DNA from: Camelus dromedarius
Taxonomy: Eukaryota
Length of the DNA stretch: 64,000 nt
Direction of reading: 5' to 3'
NCBI RefSeq assembly: GCF_036321535.1
Contig: NC_087450.1
Location: 29,822,001-29,886,000, forward strand
Part shown: piece after piece, positions 23,161 through 34,860 of the stretch
How positions within the stretch are numbered: the stretch's first letter is position 1
Layout: every line of letters starts with the position of its first letter
Made by a program: the position numbers and the translations under genes
The notes under the pieces: generated by a model
Database searches by the model: none
What the model was told of the DNA's origin: nothing
Seen by the model: only the letters and a program-made list of their open reading frames with translations

Positions 23161-25344
23161 GAACATGGTGTTGTGTCAGGGGAAGGCATAGCTCTTGCTC
23201 TGAGTTTGAGTGGATACTGGTAATCCCTTGTGACTGTCCATTCACTGGCACAGTTAGGACCCTATCAAGTGCCCTATGAGAATGGAAGTGGCTTAATGTG
23301 CTGAGCAGGGAAGGGGCTAAGGGCCCAGGCGGGCACTGGATTTGCTGATGTTACCCTGAGAGTGAGCGCTGAATGGAGGAAGGGCCCTTTCTCTTGGGAT
23401 AAGCAAATGAAAGCAGATTGCTGGCAGCCCTGCAGCCCACGGCTAGGGTTCTCACTGCTGCGTTAAGCCGCACTGAGTGACATGACGTCCCCCAATTGCC
23501 TCACAATGATAATACCTTCTATTTATACCAAACACCTCTCCTCCCAGGAGAGCACTATGTTTTCCCAACACTGATTCAGTAAGCCAGCCAGACTGAATTG
23601 AATTAAAATTCACAGCAGCCACTCATAACAAGCCTACCTCTTTCCCCTGCCTGTCCACTCCTGTAGGCACCTCTATGACACTCACAGCAAAATAGAGACA
23701 TTAAGAACATTGGTCTTCTACACTCTTGCCCCATGGGACGGTCCTCTACCCTAAGCCTGCTCCAGACCTGGGGGAGGGGGTGGGTTGTGCCACCCCAGGG
23801 CCCTTCTCTCATACTGTACAGAAGAGAGGGGTCTTCAAGTATAACACTCTCCCCTTACCATAAACATTTAAATAGTTAAAACTCAAAGGTAAAGAAGTGC
23901 TAACATAGGGTATCAGGTAGATCTCTGCACCTGCCCACCAGAATCTTAAAAGTTTATGTAGAGGCTTTAACTGGGTTTGGTTAGTCTCAACAACACTACT
24001 TTCTTAAAGCTGCACCCTTGGAACAGCTCCCACTGTGGGAATGGTGGGCGGAATGTACATTCTGAGGACAGAGGAGGGAGCGAGGAGAAACCACCAAGAG
24101 TGGATCTAACTATGGGTCTTGGGTTCCCAGGCAGACCCTGCTTTTCAGTCATCTGTCCCAGTGCCATGTTTGGATCAGACTATGTGTCTTTGATTCCAGA
24201 TTGGAAAACATGGCCCTTATCCCTCACAGCCCCACCGACCCCATGGACCGTCCCATAATTGCCTCTTCAACCACCTGTCTTAGCCATGCCAGGAACAAGC
24301 TGACAAGAGTTCTCTGTCTTTTTCCTGCCCCTTCCCTCCCTGGGGGCTGCCATTTCTCTCACACAAGCTCCAAGTCCTCCTTTCATGGACCTCCTTTCAC
24401 AACCACCATGGCACAGCCTAGGGTTTCCTTCCAAGCACTGTCAGCAGACACAGTTAGAACCACCATAGCTCCCATTGTAGACTTGGTGATGACTGACCAA
24501 GAAATATACCAAGCAGAAGGCATTCGTTCCAGAAGGATTCCATCCTCTGGAGCAGGGAATGACCCACCTCAGAAACCCCACTCACCACCCCTCATAGGTC
24601 CTGTGCTTGGATGAAGGAATACTGTAGTTGCTGAGCTTCTCAGGAAGTAAGGAGGTGAAAGTAAGCCTGGGGCAGGGAGAACGTGGGTACCAGGCCCTTG
24701 GTCTGAGCCCAAGTCAGGCAAGCATCCAACTTACATTCCAAATTTGCTGAGTTTCTGGAGTGTTCTTTTTAAAGAATTAGTGCTGAGCCTCACATCAGGG
24801 AGCTAAGGAAGCCACTGTCTACTTACCTGATAATTTAATTAACCAGCTCTGTCTAGCTCTTTGCCTGAGAAACAGGGCACTTCTCTCTAGAGGACAATAG
24901 AGGTGATTTTAGTTTTTCTGAAATGGGAAGGAACCCAGTGTGCTGGAGGAAAGAATGGGAGGCAAATGAAGAATACAGTCTTGGAGAGCGCTCCATAGGA
25001 TGGAGGGGCTGGGAGCTGGATACTGAGGCTGACCTCACACCCCCTTCACTGCCCAGCCCACGTGGCTTGATTCTGGTCCCTAGCAGCTCCTAACCCCTAA
25101 CCTGGCCCACCTACCAGCTCACAGACATATGAAAACAGTCCATGCAGATTGTTCCCTCTCTGAGGATAAAAGCAAACTGCACAACAGAAGGCCCTTGCAA
25201 TCACAAATTAACCTCCTGTGAGGTCCTATTAAATACAGATTGACTCATGTGTTGTGTCCTTCACCTGCGAATGTTTCAGCCAAAATCTTACGTTTGCATT
25301 GATCGCCTGTCCCACTAACCACACAGCCCTGTGGACTCCATTTT

Positions 25345-25580
25345 TGGGGAGACTGTGGAGCCAGGTTGCCTGGGTTCAAATTCCAGCTCTGCCATCTGCT
25401 AGTTGTGTAACCTTGGGCAAATTATCTAACTTCTCTGTGCCTCAATTTCCTCGTCTATAAAACAGGACAACAGCAACCCCTATCTTATAGGGTTGTTGTG
25501 AGGACTAAATGCATTAATCTATCTAAAGCATTTAGAATAATGTCTGGCACACTGCATGTGCCAAGAAAATGCTAACTTAG
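25345..25580 (+). mobile_element. MIR SINE, near full length
   Basis: CTGGGTTCAAATTCCAGCTCTGCCA..TGTGTAACCTTGGGCAAATTATCTAACTTCTCTGTGCCTCAATTTCCTCGTCTATAAAA. Confidence 0.85.
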
Positions 25581-26594
25581 AAAAAATTACTCACATAATT
25601 TGTCTATAATATAGTTGAAATTCTCTTTCATAATATGAGTGAGGATTCTCTTATCAATCTATGGGAAAATATTTACAAAGGTTTTCATTGATTAACTGGT
25701 TCCCAATCCATTTTTGTAAACCAAATTTCTCAGCTGAGAGCTCTCTAAACACAAGAATGCTTGGGACATCTGGGGGTGAAGGAGGTTTGCTATAATTTCC
25801 ACTTAAAGGTGCCTCACAGGTCTCTTGGGGCTGGAGATAGGAATCTGAGTCAATTGTTTGGAGTCAACATACGCAACTTCATTAACTGGGGTTTGTTGTC
25901 TTTCTCTGCTGAAGTGAAAACAGTGATTCTTTGATCTTGTACCTTCGAGTGTTTTCCGATGTTCACAGGGAGGCTGCTGTTACTCAAGAGTAACAAGTCC
26001 AATTTAAGTAACAAGTACAACCCACACTTAGAAAAATGTTCAGCACATTCTCTCTCTCTCAGCAGCAGAAATGACCAACAGGTCAGAAGAGCTCAGCTCA
26101 GCACCCCTGGCCACTCACAAGCTAGGAAGGACACGTGAGTTCTCTCTCTGTCAAAAGGATACCCCTCCCCAGGAGGTTTTCATGATGAACTAATGAGCCC
26201 ACATGCATGAAGGGCTTTGAAAAGTTTGGTCACAGTCAAACTACAAACAATCCTCATGATAACTAGTTTCACTGTTATCAGTCCAGGTTTGGTCTTTAGT
26301 AAAGTGGGCAATGGAAGTACTGAAGATGACACATACCAGGTATAGATAGCTTCCCCCTCTTCAAAGTCTCTACATGATCAAGGAAAAGACAAATCATAAA
26401 AGGGTCAAGCCCCATTGATCCAACACTGTCAATTGGTAGTTTATTATAGTTCAGATATGATCTGTGGTTGGGTAAATTCTTCATTTAAATTAAAAGTGTT
26501 TGCCGGTGGGGAAGTGAATGGGGAATGGGAAAAGGATAGAAAATTAGAAAATAAGAAAATGTGTTTTATTACTTATTTATCTTTTCATTTGCAA

Positions 26595-26880
26595 ATTTTT
26601 TGAGGGAAAATTCATAGAACATAAAATTCACCATTTAAATCATTTTAAAGTGTACAATTTTGTGGGGTTTTTTAAAGTATATTCAAAACATTGTCTAACC
26701 ATCCCCATTATTTAATTTCAGAACATTTCCATTATCCCCAAGAGAAACCTCACATCTCACCAATTCCCACCTCCCCCATCCCCTGGCATCCACTAATCTA
26801 TTCTCTATCTCCTATGGATTTGCCTCTTCTGAACATTTCATATAAATGGAATCATATAATATGTGGTCTTTCCTTTAATC
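26595..26880 (-). mobile_element. L1MB-like 3' UTR fragment
   Basis: CATAAAATTCACCATTTAAA...AGTGTACAATT...CCACTAATCTATTCTCT...ATTTCATATAAATGGAATCATA is the typical antisense L1M 3' end. Confidence 0.75.
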
Positions 26881-27930
26881 GTTTCTTGAGCATCCATCAT
26901 GGGCCAGTACTGCATGAGTGTTTGCCCTCGAGAGAGGTTTGCTCTCCCTGGCCAGGGAGAAAGACTGTAGCAATAGAATTTTCCTGCCCCGACTGGGGTT
27001 GGGGAGTTGCAGGCATTGATGGTTTCCTGGTAGAGGAGGTGATATGTCTGCTGCTGTGTTGACAAAGGAAATGAAGTTTCTGGTGAAGAAGAAGGAAGGG
27101 CATTCCAGGAGGAGGCAACAGTGAAGAGATGGTATGTGTGTGTATGAGGAAGACTGAAAGTTCCTTGAACTACGGCTGGAGCATCAGATATACAGGGAGG
27201 GTAGGGGGATGCCAGGGAGAGAGGAGACAAGGCAGCAGGTAGGTTAGGTCAGAAAGAGCAGAGACTTGAGGGCTGCTCTAAAGAGACTGAGACTGCTCCT
27301 CTAGGCTCTGGGGACCATCAAAAGTACACAAGCCAGGGAGAGGCGGAGTGTGTATTTTAGGAAGGAAGCCACTGTGGAGGGTGGGTTGCAGAGGGAAGAC
27401 CATCAAAAGGAGAAGCTGGAAGGACTGTAACAGTCTAGGAGAGGCAAGGCTAGGACTCCCACTATGGTAGCGGCAGTCGACTCAGGAAGGAAGGTCCATC
27501 TGAGAGCAATTTCTAGGGTGGAACAGACAGGAGTTAGGTGTCTACTTTGATGTGGCAAGTGAGCGGGAGGAAGCCAGGGCTCTAGACCAGGCTCCCCTGA
27601 CCCACAGTGAGATCTTGGGAGAATCAGAGGCAGCCTGAGAATCCAGCACCTTCTGCTTAGAACATGACAATGACTTTCTCTTTCTCTTATACCTTCTCAT
27701 AGGGCTTCCAACACCTTGAAGGGTCGGGCCTCTGCTGGCCCCACCCACCCCCACAGTGGCCTTCTTCAGTTCCTCCTGACTGCCCAGAGGCCTTTGCACA
27801 TTCTGTTCCCTCTGTGTGGCCGCTCTCTGGCACCCACACTCCTCCTCTTGTAGCCGGCACTTAGCAGCATACCTTACATGTAGTTGATGCCCCATAATAC
27901 TTGTTGGAAAAAGAAACAAGTGAATGAACC
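26880..27930. mobile_element. L2 fragments in both orientations
   Basis: Minus-strand L2 (GGGCATTCCAGGAGGAGGCAACAG) followed by a plus-strand L2 3' end (GGCCTTTGCACATTCTGTTCCCTCTG...ATAATACTTGTTGG..GTGAATGAA). Confidence 0.55.
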
Positions 27931-28919
27931 TGGGATCTTTCCCATGAACTTGAGGCCCTTTGAGATGTAGTTTCTCTTCAGGGAAGTGGGAAGAGGAGAA
28001 TCAAGGGGATCCCAGCCTTTGCATGAGAGCCCTGCCCCTGCCTGCCTTGTCTGGCTTTTCTCCTAAGAAAATCTGCTTATGAGGAATGCCATGGGCAGCC
28101 ACAGCTCCCAGAGTGAAGCCAGCCAGTGCTTCACTGGCTTTTTACCCTCAGGTTACAGTATATTATGCTTTTTACATATAACATAACGAGGACTCATACA
28201 ATGAGAAAACACCTCCCAGATTGTAATCAATCTCCAACAGTGCTTTTACTCAGCACTTTCCTCAACAAGCTGGGGAGAGACTGGGAACTTCCCTGGCAAA
28301 CTTTTCCAGAGCTGATCCCTCTTATCTCCCTTTTCATTCTCCGTCATCTTTCTGCCTGACCATTTTCAGCTGTTCTACAAGGGTGGGAGTTGCTGAACAC
28401 GCTAAACAGTCTGCAAACCTGGGGCTTCAGGCCAACCTTGTCTGGACCCCTGGGGCCCTAGTGATAATACAGACAAATTGTCATGGCTCTGCTCCTGGGA
28501 AAGCCTGAGTCTTAGTTCCCAGGCCTCCAGGAACCTCCCTGACAACAGGGCAGTAGAGTGTGGGATAGAAATGGAATTTCTTCAGACTCTGGAGCAGTGT
28601 CTCTTAAGAGTCACTCATAAGAAAGGCTTTTAATGACATCACCTCTTTACCCCTGGGCTGAGCATCCAGGACACCTGGACACAATCACAATTCTGCAGCA
28701 AGGAAGGAAATGTCTGCTGCTGGGTCTGGTTCAAACTATAACTCATAGGCTAAGGGCAACTAGCCAAGGTCACCAAGCCAGTGAGTGGCAAAGCTGGCCC
28801 TGAAGCTGGATTTGCATTTCTTTTAACTTTCCTCATGACACAGGAATTATGGCCAAGTGTATTTCCAGACTCTGACCCTGTAAGGCTCAATTCAGTTGAT
28901 CCAATGGCCCAAGCCCAAC

Positions 28920-29070
28920 TTCCACAAATGCCAGGGTGCAGGAGGCTCACCTGGAAAGTCTGTTGCCCATGCAAGTTCCTAGGCCCAGTCCCTAGATATT
29001 GAGATTCTGCAGGTCTGGGCTGGCCCCTGGGCACTGCATATTCAGTAAGAGCCCAGGGAACTTGGATGCA
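28920..29070. mobile_element. MER5-like MITE fragment
   Basis: GATTCTGCAGGTCTGGGCTGGCCCCTGGGCACTGCATATT...CCCAGGGAACTTGGATGCAGG. Confidence 0.5.
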
Positions 29071-30269
29071 GGAGGCTCCAGGACCCCACAGAGGTAGAAT
29101 ACACCCCACTTCAAGCCCAGCCAGTCCAGGGAGCTTTTGGGTGGATAGAGATTGTAAATGCACTACAGGATGTGAATACCTCTGACTGCCCCTCTACACT
29201 TTAGCTTTCTTATCTGTGATTCCAACTGCCCCCAATGGCATTCCCATCCTCCTTCCTAGCCTGTCCTAAAATAATCTGCAATGAGTCAGAATCCTTAATA
29301 GAGCACCTGGCACAGAGTAGAGGTCTGGAAATATTTGTTGTATAGGTGGAGGGAAGGAAAGAAAAAAGGGAGGGAGGGGTAGGAAGGAATGAAGGCAGGT
29401 TGATCACACTCAAATGTTCATCTATAGACAAGACCTTTCATCCACAAGGAACACTGCTTTCCCAAGAAGCCCTATGGACTTACATAATACTGGAAAGGGG
29501 TCCCCAAGATTCATCTTTCCACCCCATCCTCACACCTACCTCCATCAATCCTACCCCTCTAGACACCACCCCTACTCCCTCACCTCCTCTAATCTCTCTA
29601 CCCACTAAGACTCATTACTGGGCTATTAGCAAGGGAAACAGCACCTTTCCCTCTCAATTGGTTATGCTGAGCATGATGTTCTGTGCTGCAATCCATCTTC
29701 AGCATGAGAGTTTTAATTGATGTCTAATGAACAAATATCGTGTCTTTGCACATGTTTCACCAACTGCAGCCCAGTTAACAATCTGAAGAATGGTTTGGGT
29801 ACAAGAAAAATTGCTTTCAAAAACTGTCTGCTCTCCAATGCTGTCTTCTATTTGTCTCTCTTCTGGGGCTCAATACTCTTTTTTAAGAGTTGCCCAGGTA
29901 AAACTAATGCTGTAATCTCTAAAGTTCAGTATTCTCAGACCTCTGACTCATTCAAACAATGAGATATTAGCTATGGTACTCCAAAGCATCTTTTTCCTTG
30001 CACCCTCTGCTTTGTTTTCACTTTGGGGTCTGGTAACCTAGTGTTTCTGAATTAGAAAAGTTGCTGATATTTCAGCTCCCCGAATTGCAAGAATATGTAG
30101 GAATAAAGTGGAAACATGCACACATGAAAGTCAACCATCATAAACTATAAGGAGTAAGATGCCCAAGAGAGGGGAAATTGGGGGATAAGAGGGAAAATTT
30201 GAAGCAGATAAAGGAGTCAAGCCCGTTGATTGTCTCACAGTATTTGAAGGTCTCAATTCTCATCTCAGG

Positions 30270-30760
30270 CTGATTTCAATCAGGAACTTTTGAATATTCA
30301 GAATATTCAATAAGTGAAGCAGGTTAAATACATAAAGGTTAATTCTCTCCCATATAAGAAGACTAGAGATAGGCATTCCTCTGTTATGCAAGTTCATTTC
30401 ATCATCTTACTCCTTCACAATGTGGCTTCCATTCTCAAAGTCACCTCATGAATCAGTATGGCAGCTGGAGCCCCAGCCATCACATCCACATTCTAGGAAG
30501 CATGACTAAGGAAGGAGAAATAATGGAAGGGTAAAAGGGCACCCCTTCCTATGGAATTAGCTTCCTTTATGCAGCTTTCCTGAAAGTCCCACATAATATT
30601 TTGCTAGAACTTAAAAACACAGTCTCACCTAATTACAAAGGAGGTTAAAAAATATAGTCTTTTAATTGGGCACACTGATACTACAAATAAAATGGGTGTT
30701 CTGTTGCTGACAAAGAGGTGGGAAATGGATCTGAGTGTGAACCAGCAGTCTCACTAAGAA
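30270..30760 (-). mobile_element. MaLR LTR (MLT1J/K-like)
   Basis: ATGGCAGCTGGAGCCCCAGCCATCACATCCACATTCTAGG..., CACCTAATTACAAAGGAGG..AAAATATAGTCTTT. Confidence 0.65.
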
Positions 30761-31717
30761 GTCAAACCCAAACATTTATTGGCATTTTAATAGGGAACCA
30801 AAGATTGATGAAAGAAGATACAGCAGAGGGATGAGATGGAAACTTTAAAAAGCCAGGAATACCTGCCAGTGTGAAGTTTGGGAGGGCACCATGTTAATAA
30901 ATGACTATATATATGAACACACACACACATTTAACATGGAATTAATGTAAGCCACATGATCATTAATCAATCCAAAGTACCTGGAACAGGTTATTGGCAT
31001 ATAGTAGGTGCTCCACAGATATTTTTGAATTGGAATATAGAAATATTTTTGAATACCTGTAATGTTAAATTAAAAAGTAAGTTTAAAGTGGTGTATAAAA
31101 TATCTCATAATTTTAATAGAATTAAATATGTATGTGTAGATAGAGAGATAGAGCCAGCTAATTAGGCAGAAGAGTCATTAAAATGACTGATAATACAAAT
31201 TCTCTCTGGATAATGGGATAGAATTTGGGGGTTTTTTTGTTTTTTGAATTTTCCAATTATTCTAGGTTATTTATACATTACTTACATAGTCTTTAAAAAG
31301 CTATATCAAAATCAATTTAGGACAAACTAATGCATGTATGGCTTTATCTACAGAACAAAAGGAAATCAGATTTTAAAATAAGAGAGAATTGAAATACACA
31401 TTTAAGACTCACTTAATAAAAAGCAATTTGGCATTGGAAGAAAGAGCTCATGGAGACATTTAGACATGAAACCCACAGCTTTCTGGACAAGAAAATTAGG
31501 AGGCAAGGAGTGGTCTCAAGTGGTTTCATAGCAACTCCTCACCCTAGGATTCTGGGCTTCATTTCCAAGCTCTTTGTAAGCAGACAGACATCAGTGACTT
31601 CATTAATCCTCAAGCATCATGGTGATATAAAGATGACAAAGTACATTATTTGCAAAGACAGATATAGAAACTGGAGCCCAGGAAGGTTTTAACACTTGAC
31701 TGTGCACCCAATATGTT

Positions 31718-32290
31718 CCTCATTTGTCCCTCTTTTCCTCTGCAACCACAGCTGATCCCCCCTGTCCCCCAAGACCCCCATGTGGTGGTATATGTGGAGA
31801 AACTGAAAGTTTGCCATGAAATTGACTTCATTAAGCCCCAGTCCATTTATATCTGACTCTCACTCTGGAAGGAAAACACTCATCTTTGAGCTTCATGGGG
31901 TCTGTTATTGCATGTACTAAAGTCCTACTGAGGGGCTGAAAGGCCAGTGAATGAGGTCATGGGATATAAAAGACAAAGACTCTTCCCTCTCTTCTCACCC
32001 ATATCTACTCTCCACTTGCCAACAGTTCTTTGAGCACAATGTGCTCTTTCCTGACTCCACACTTGCACCTAGCTCAACTCTGCTGACTGGGATATTCCCT
32101 TTCTTCCAGTACATCTGAACCCCACCCATCCTTCAGGACCAGCCTGCATACAGCTTGCTACCCCAAATTTCTTCTGACTCCTGCGTCCTTACCACAGGCC
32201 CCTTTCTCTGACCTCCTATGATCAGTATCACAGCTGATCCCTCATTTGTCTCTCTTTTCCTCTGCAGCCACAGCTGATCCTCCCTGTCCC
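31718..32290 (+). repeat. 51-bp direct repeat pair (31718-31768 and 32240-32290), 48/51 identical, 522 bp apart
   Basis: CCTCATTTGTC(C/T)CTCTTTTCCTCTGCA(A/G)CCACAGCTGATCC(C/T)CCCTGTCCC aligned by eye. Confidence 0.85.
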
Positions 32291-32424
32291 AGTGCTGATT
32301 CCATAGTTAATAGTCAGCTACTAACTGTGTCTGCTGAATTGAGTCCTTACTGATTCCCATGTGTCTATCTTGTCTTTCCAGCCAGGCTTTTTAAGCTCTT
32401 TCAGGGAGAGCAGAGCTGATCTCA

Positions 32425-32426
<2 letters not shown>

Positions 32427-32494
<68 letters not shown>
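32427..32494 (+). repeat. (CA)34 microsatellite, uninterrupted
   Basis: 68 nt of perfect CA repeat counted directly. Confidence 0.95.
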
Positions 32495-32495
<1 letters not shown>

Positions 32496-32626
32496 GATAG
32501 AGCTCATAGCACACTGCTTTGTATCTGGTAGATTCTTAATAAATATCTATTCATTGATTATTTGGAAACATATCAAGAGTCAGTGGCACAATCATAGGAA
32601 TCCTGAACAAGTTCAGTTGCAAGACA

Positions 32627-33030
32627 GAGAGTATCATGATCCAGTTATACGTTGTCTACAAGAGACTCGTTTCATATCCAAAGACACAAATACATTGAAA
32701 GTGAAAGGATGGAAAAAGATATTCCCTGCAAACAATAATCAAAAGAGAGATGGAGTGGTTGTACTAATATCAGGCAAATAAACTTTAAGTAAAAATTGGT
32801 ACAAAAGACAAAAAAAGACATTGTATATTGATAAAAGTATAAATCCATCAAGAAGTTATAGCAATTGTGAACATATGTACAACAAACAAGGCCCCAAAAC
32901 GTATGAAGCAAATGCTGACATATTTGAAGGAGAAATAGATAGTTTTATAGTAATAGTTAAAGACTTCAATACCCACTTTTAAAAATGGATAATACAACTA
33001 GATAGTAGATCAGTAAGGAAATACAGGCTT
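32627..33030 (+). mobile_element. L1 ORF2 endonuclease-domain fragment, degenerate
   Basis: Translation DPVIRCLQETRFISKDTNTLKVKGWKKIFPANNNQKRDGVVVLISGK matches the L1 APE endonuclease (CCLQETH...LKVKGWKKI.HAN.NQK.AGVAILISDK); stops and frameshifts follow. Confidence 0.88.
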
Positions 33031-33869
33031 ATTTAGTCCAAAAGTAACTCCTCTCTCCAAAAACCAGTTGGAAAGGAAAAGAGCAAGGTCACCCCTGTTA
33101 TGGGAAATACCTCTGCCCCAGTGGTGGCATTGCTGTTCTATACTGTTCAGCTGCGCATTACTGTGAGCTGCCACCTTGGGCACCAAGGCTGCCCTCCTCT
33201 CAGGTCACAAGTCCAGACTCAACCCTTCTCTTCAGATCTCACAGAGTGCCAGGGAGATGGACCTATGGGGCATCCATTGGTTACATCCTGTCCCGCCAAA
33301 GCTTTTAGACATTTGTCTAAGTCTAGACTTTACTCAGATTCCTCTTTGTCAGAAAACTTTCAAGAGGACTTTCTCCCGGCAACTGGGCTGTAGTTAGACA
33401 CTGCCCCTTACCTTTCCTCAGCAGGCTCTCTGACATCAGATTCAGGGAAGACAGATTAGATGTTTTTCCTTTCCATCCCTTGGGTGAAATTGCTTCACTC
33501 CTCCTTGGCCACCACCCTGTAAAACATGGTGTGAAGGTTTTTGCCAAATCACATAAAACATGAAAGGTCTCGTGAAACCCGAATTTCAGAAGAGTAAGGG
33601 GAAGAGGGTTTCTGCATTTGTACAACTAAGAAAGCTACTCAAGAGACACTTCACAGCATAGAGATGATCAGCCTCTCTAGATTTTACATTATATTTTCAT
33701 ATATATACAGTATCCTGTTACACACAACAAATTACTAATGAATAATGCAAACAATAAATATTAGAGGAGTTCTGAGATCAGGAGGATCAAAGAGGCTTAG
33801 AGGCACTCAGGACATTTTGAATTTGCTATTTGAAATGCGGAATTTTTCATCAAAATGTTACCCACTTGC

Positions 33870-33944
33870 TGTAAACCTGAAACACTTTGCTGTACAACTG
33901 AAATTAACATGATATCGTAGATAAACTATAGTTTAATAAAAAAG
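33870..33944 (+). mobile_element. Very short artiodactyl-type L1 3' terminus
   Basis: CACTTTGCTGTACAACTGAAATTAACATGATATCGTAGATAAACTATAGTTTAATAAAAAAG. Confidence 0.6.
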
Positions 33945-34080
33945 TTTTTAGTATTACCAACAGATTAATTTTTAAAAGAAAGTATTTTGTGAAGCAAACT
34001 CCTTTATTCAAGCTTAATTTCATAATCAATTTTCTTTTTAGCACAGTTAAACTGTTTCCAACTTTATCTATTTTTAAATT

Positions 34081-34212
34081 TTATTTCTTTATTTTTGGGG
34101 GGCTTTTGAGGGAGTTAATTAGGTTTTATTTATTTAATGGAGGTACTGGGGATTGAACCCAGGATCCTGTGCATGCTAAGCACGCATTCTACCACTGAGC
34201 TATACCCTCCCC
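34081..34212 (-). mobile_element. Camelid tRNA-derived SINE, with body and tail
   Basis: Minus strand GGGGAGGGTATAGCTCAGTGGTAGAATGCGTGCTTAGCATGCACAGGATCCTGGGTTCAATCCCCAGTACCTCC plus A-rich tail; possible TSD CTATTTTT (34068 and 34214). Confidence 0.85.
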
Positions 34213-34229
34213 ACTATTTTTTTATTTAA

Positions 34230-34860
34230 AATAAATTATTTTTCTTAGGATAAGTTCTTTTCTTTTTCCATTTTTTTCAATAAAGATCTGCTTGNNNNNN
34301 NNNNNNNNNNNNNNNNNNNNNNNNNNNNNNNNNNNNNNNNNNNNNNNNNNNNNNNNNNNNNNNNNNNNNNNNNNNNNNNNNNNNNNNNNNNNNNNNNNNN
34401 NNNNNNNNNNNNNNNNNNNNNNNNNNNNNNNNNNNNNNNNNNNNNNNNNNNNNNNNNNNNNNCATTCCTCCTCAATCCCTCAGCCCTAAGCAACCGCTAA
34501 GTTACTGTGTCTTAATGAATTTTCCTATTCTGGACATGTCAAACAAATGAAATCATACACCATGTCATCTTTTGTGATTGGTCTCTTTCACNNNNNNNNN
34601 NNNNNNNNNNNNNNNNNNNNNNNNNNNNNNNNNNNNNNNNNNNNNNNNNNNNNNNNNNNNNNNNNNNNNNNNNNNNNNNNNNNNNNNNNNNNNNNNNNNN
34701 NNNNNNNNNNNNNNNNNNNNNNNNNNNNNNNNNNNNNNNNNNNNNNNNNNNNNNNNNNNNNNNNNNNNNNNNNNNNNNNNNNNNNNNNNNNNNNNNNNNN
34801 NNNNNNNNNNNNNNNNNNNNNNNNNNNNNNNNNNNNNNNNNNNNNNNNNNNGCATTTCAC
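34230..34860 (-). mobile_element. L1M 3' UTR fragment, largely lost in N-gaps
   Basis: CCCTAAGCAACCGCTAAG...CCTATTCTGGACATGTC...AATGAAATCATAC...TTGTGATTGGTCTCTTTCAC. Confidence 0.6.
34295..34851. other. Two N-gaps (34295-34462, 34592-34851)
   Basis: N runs of 168 and 260 nt inside an L1 fragment. Confidence 0.95.
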
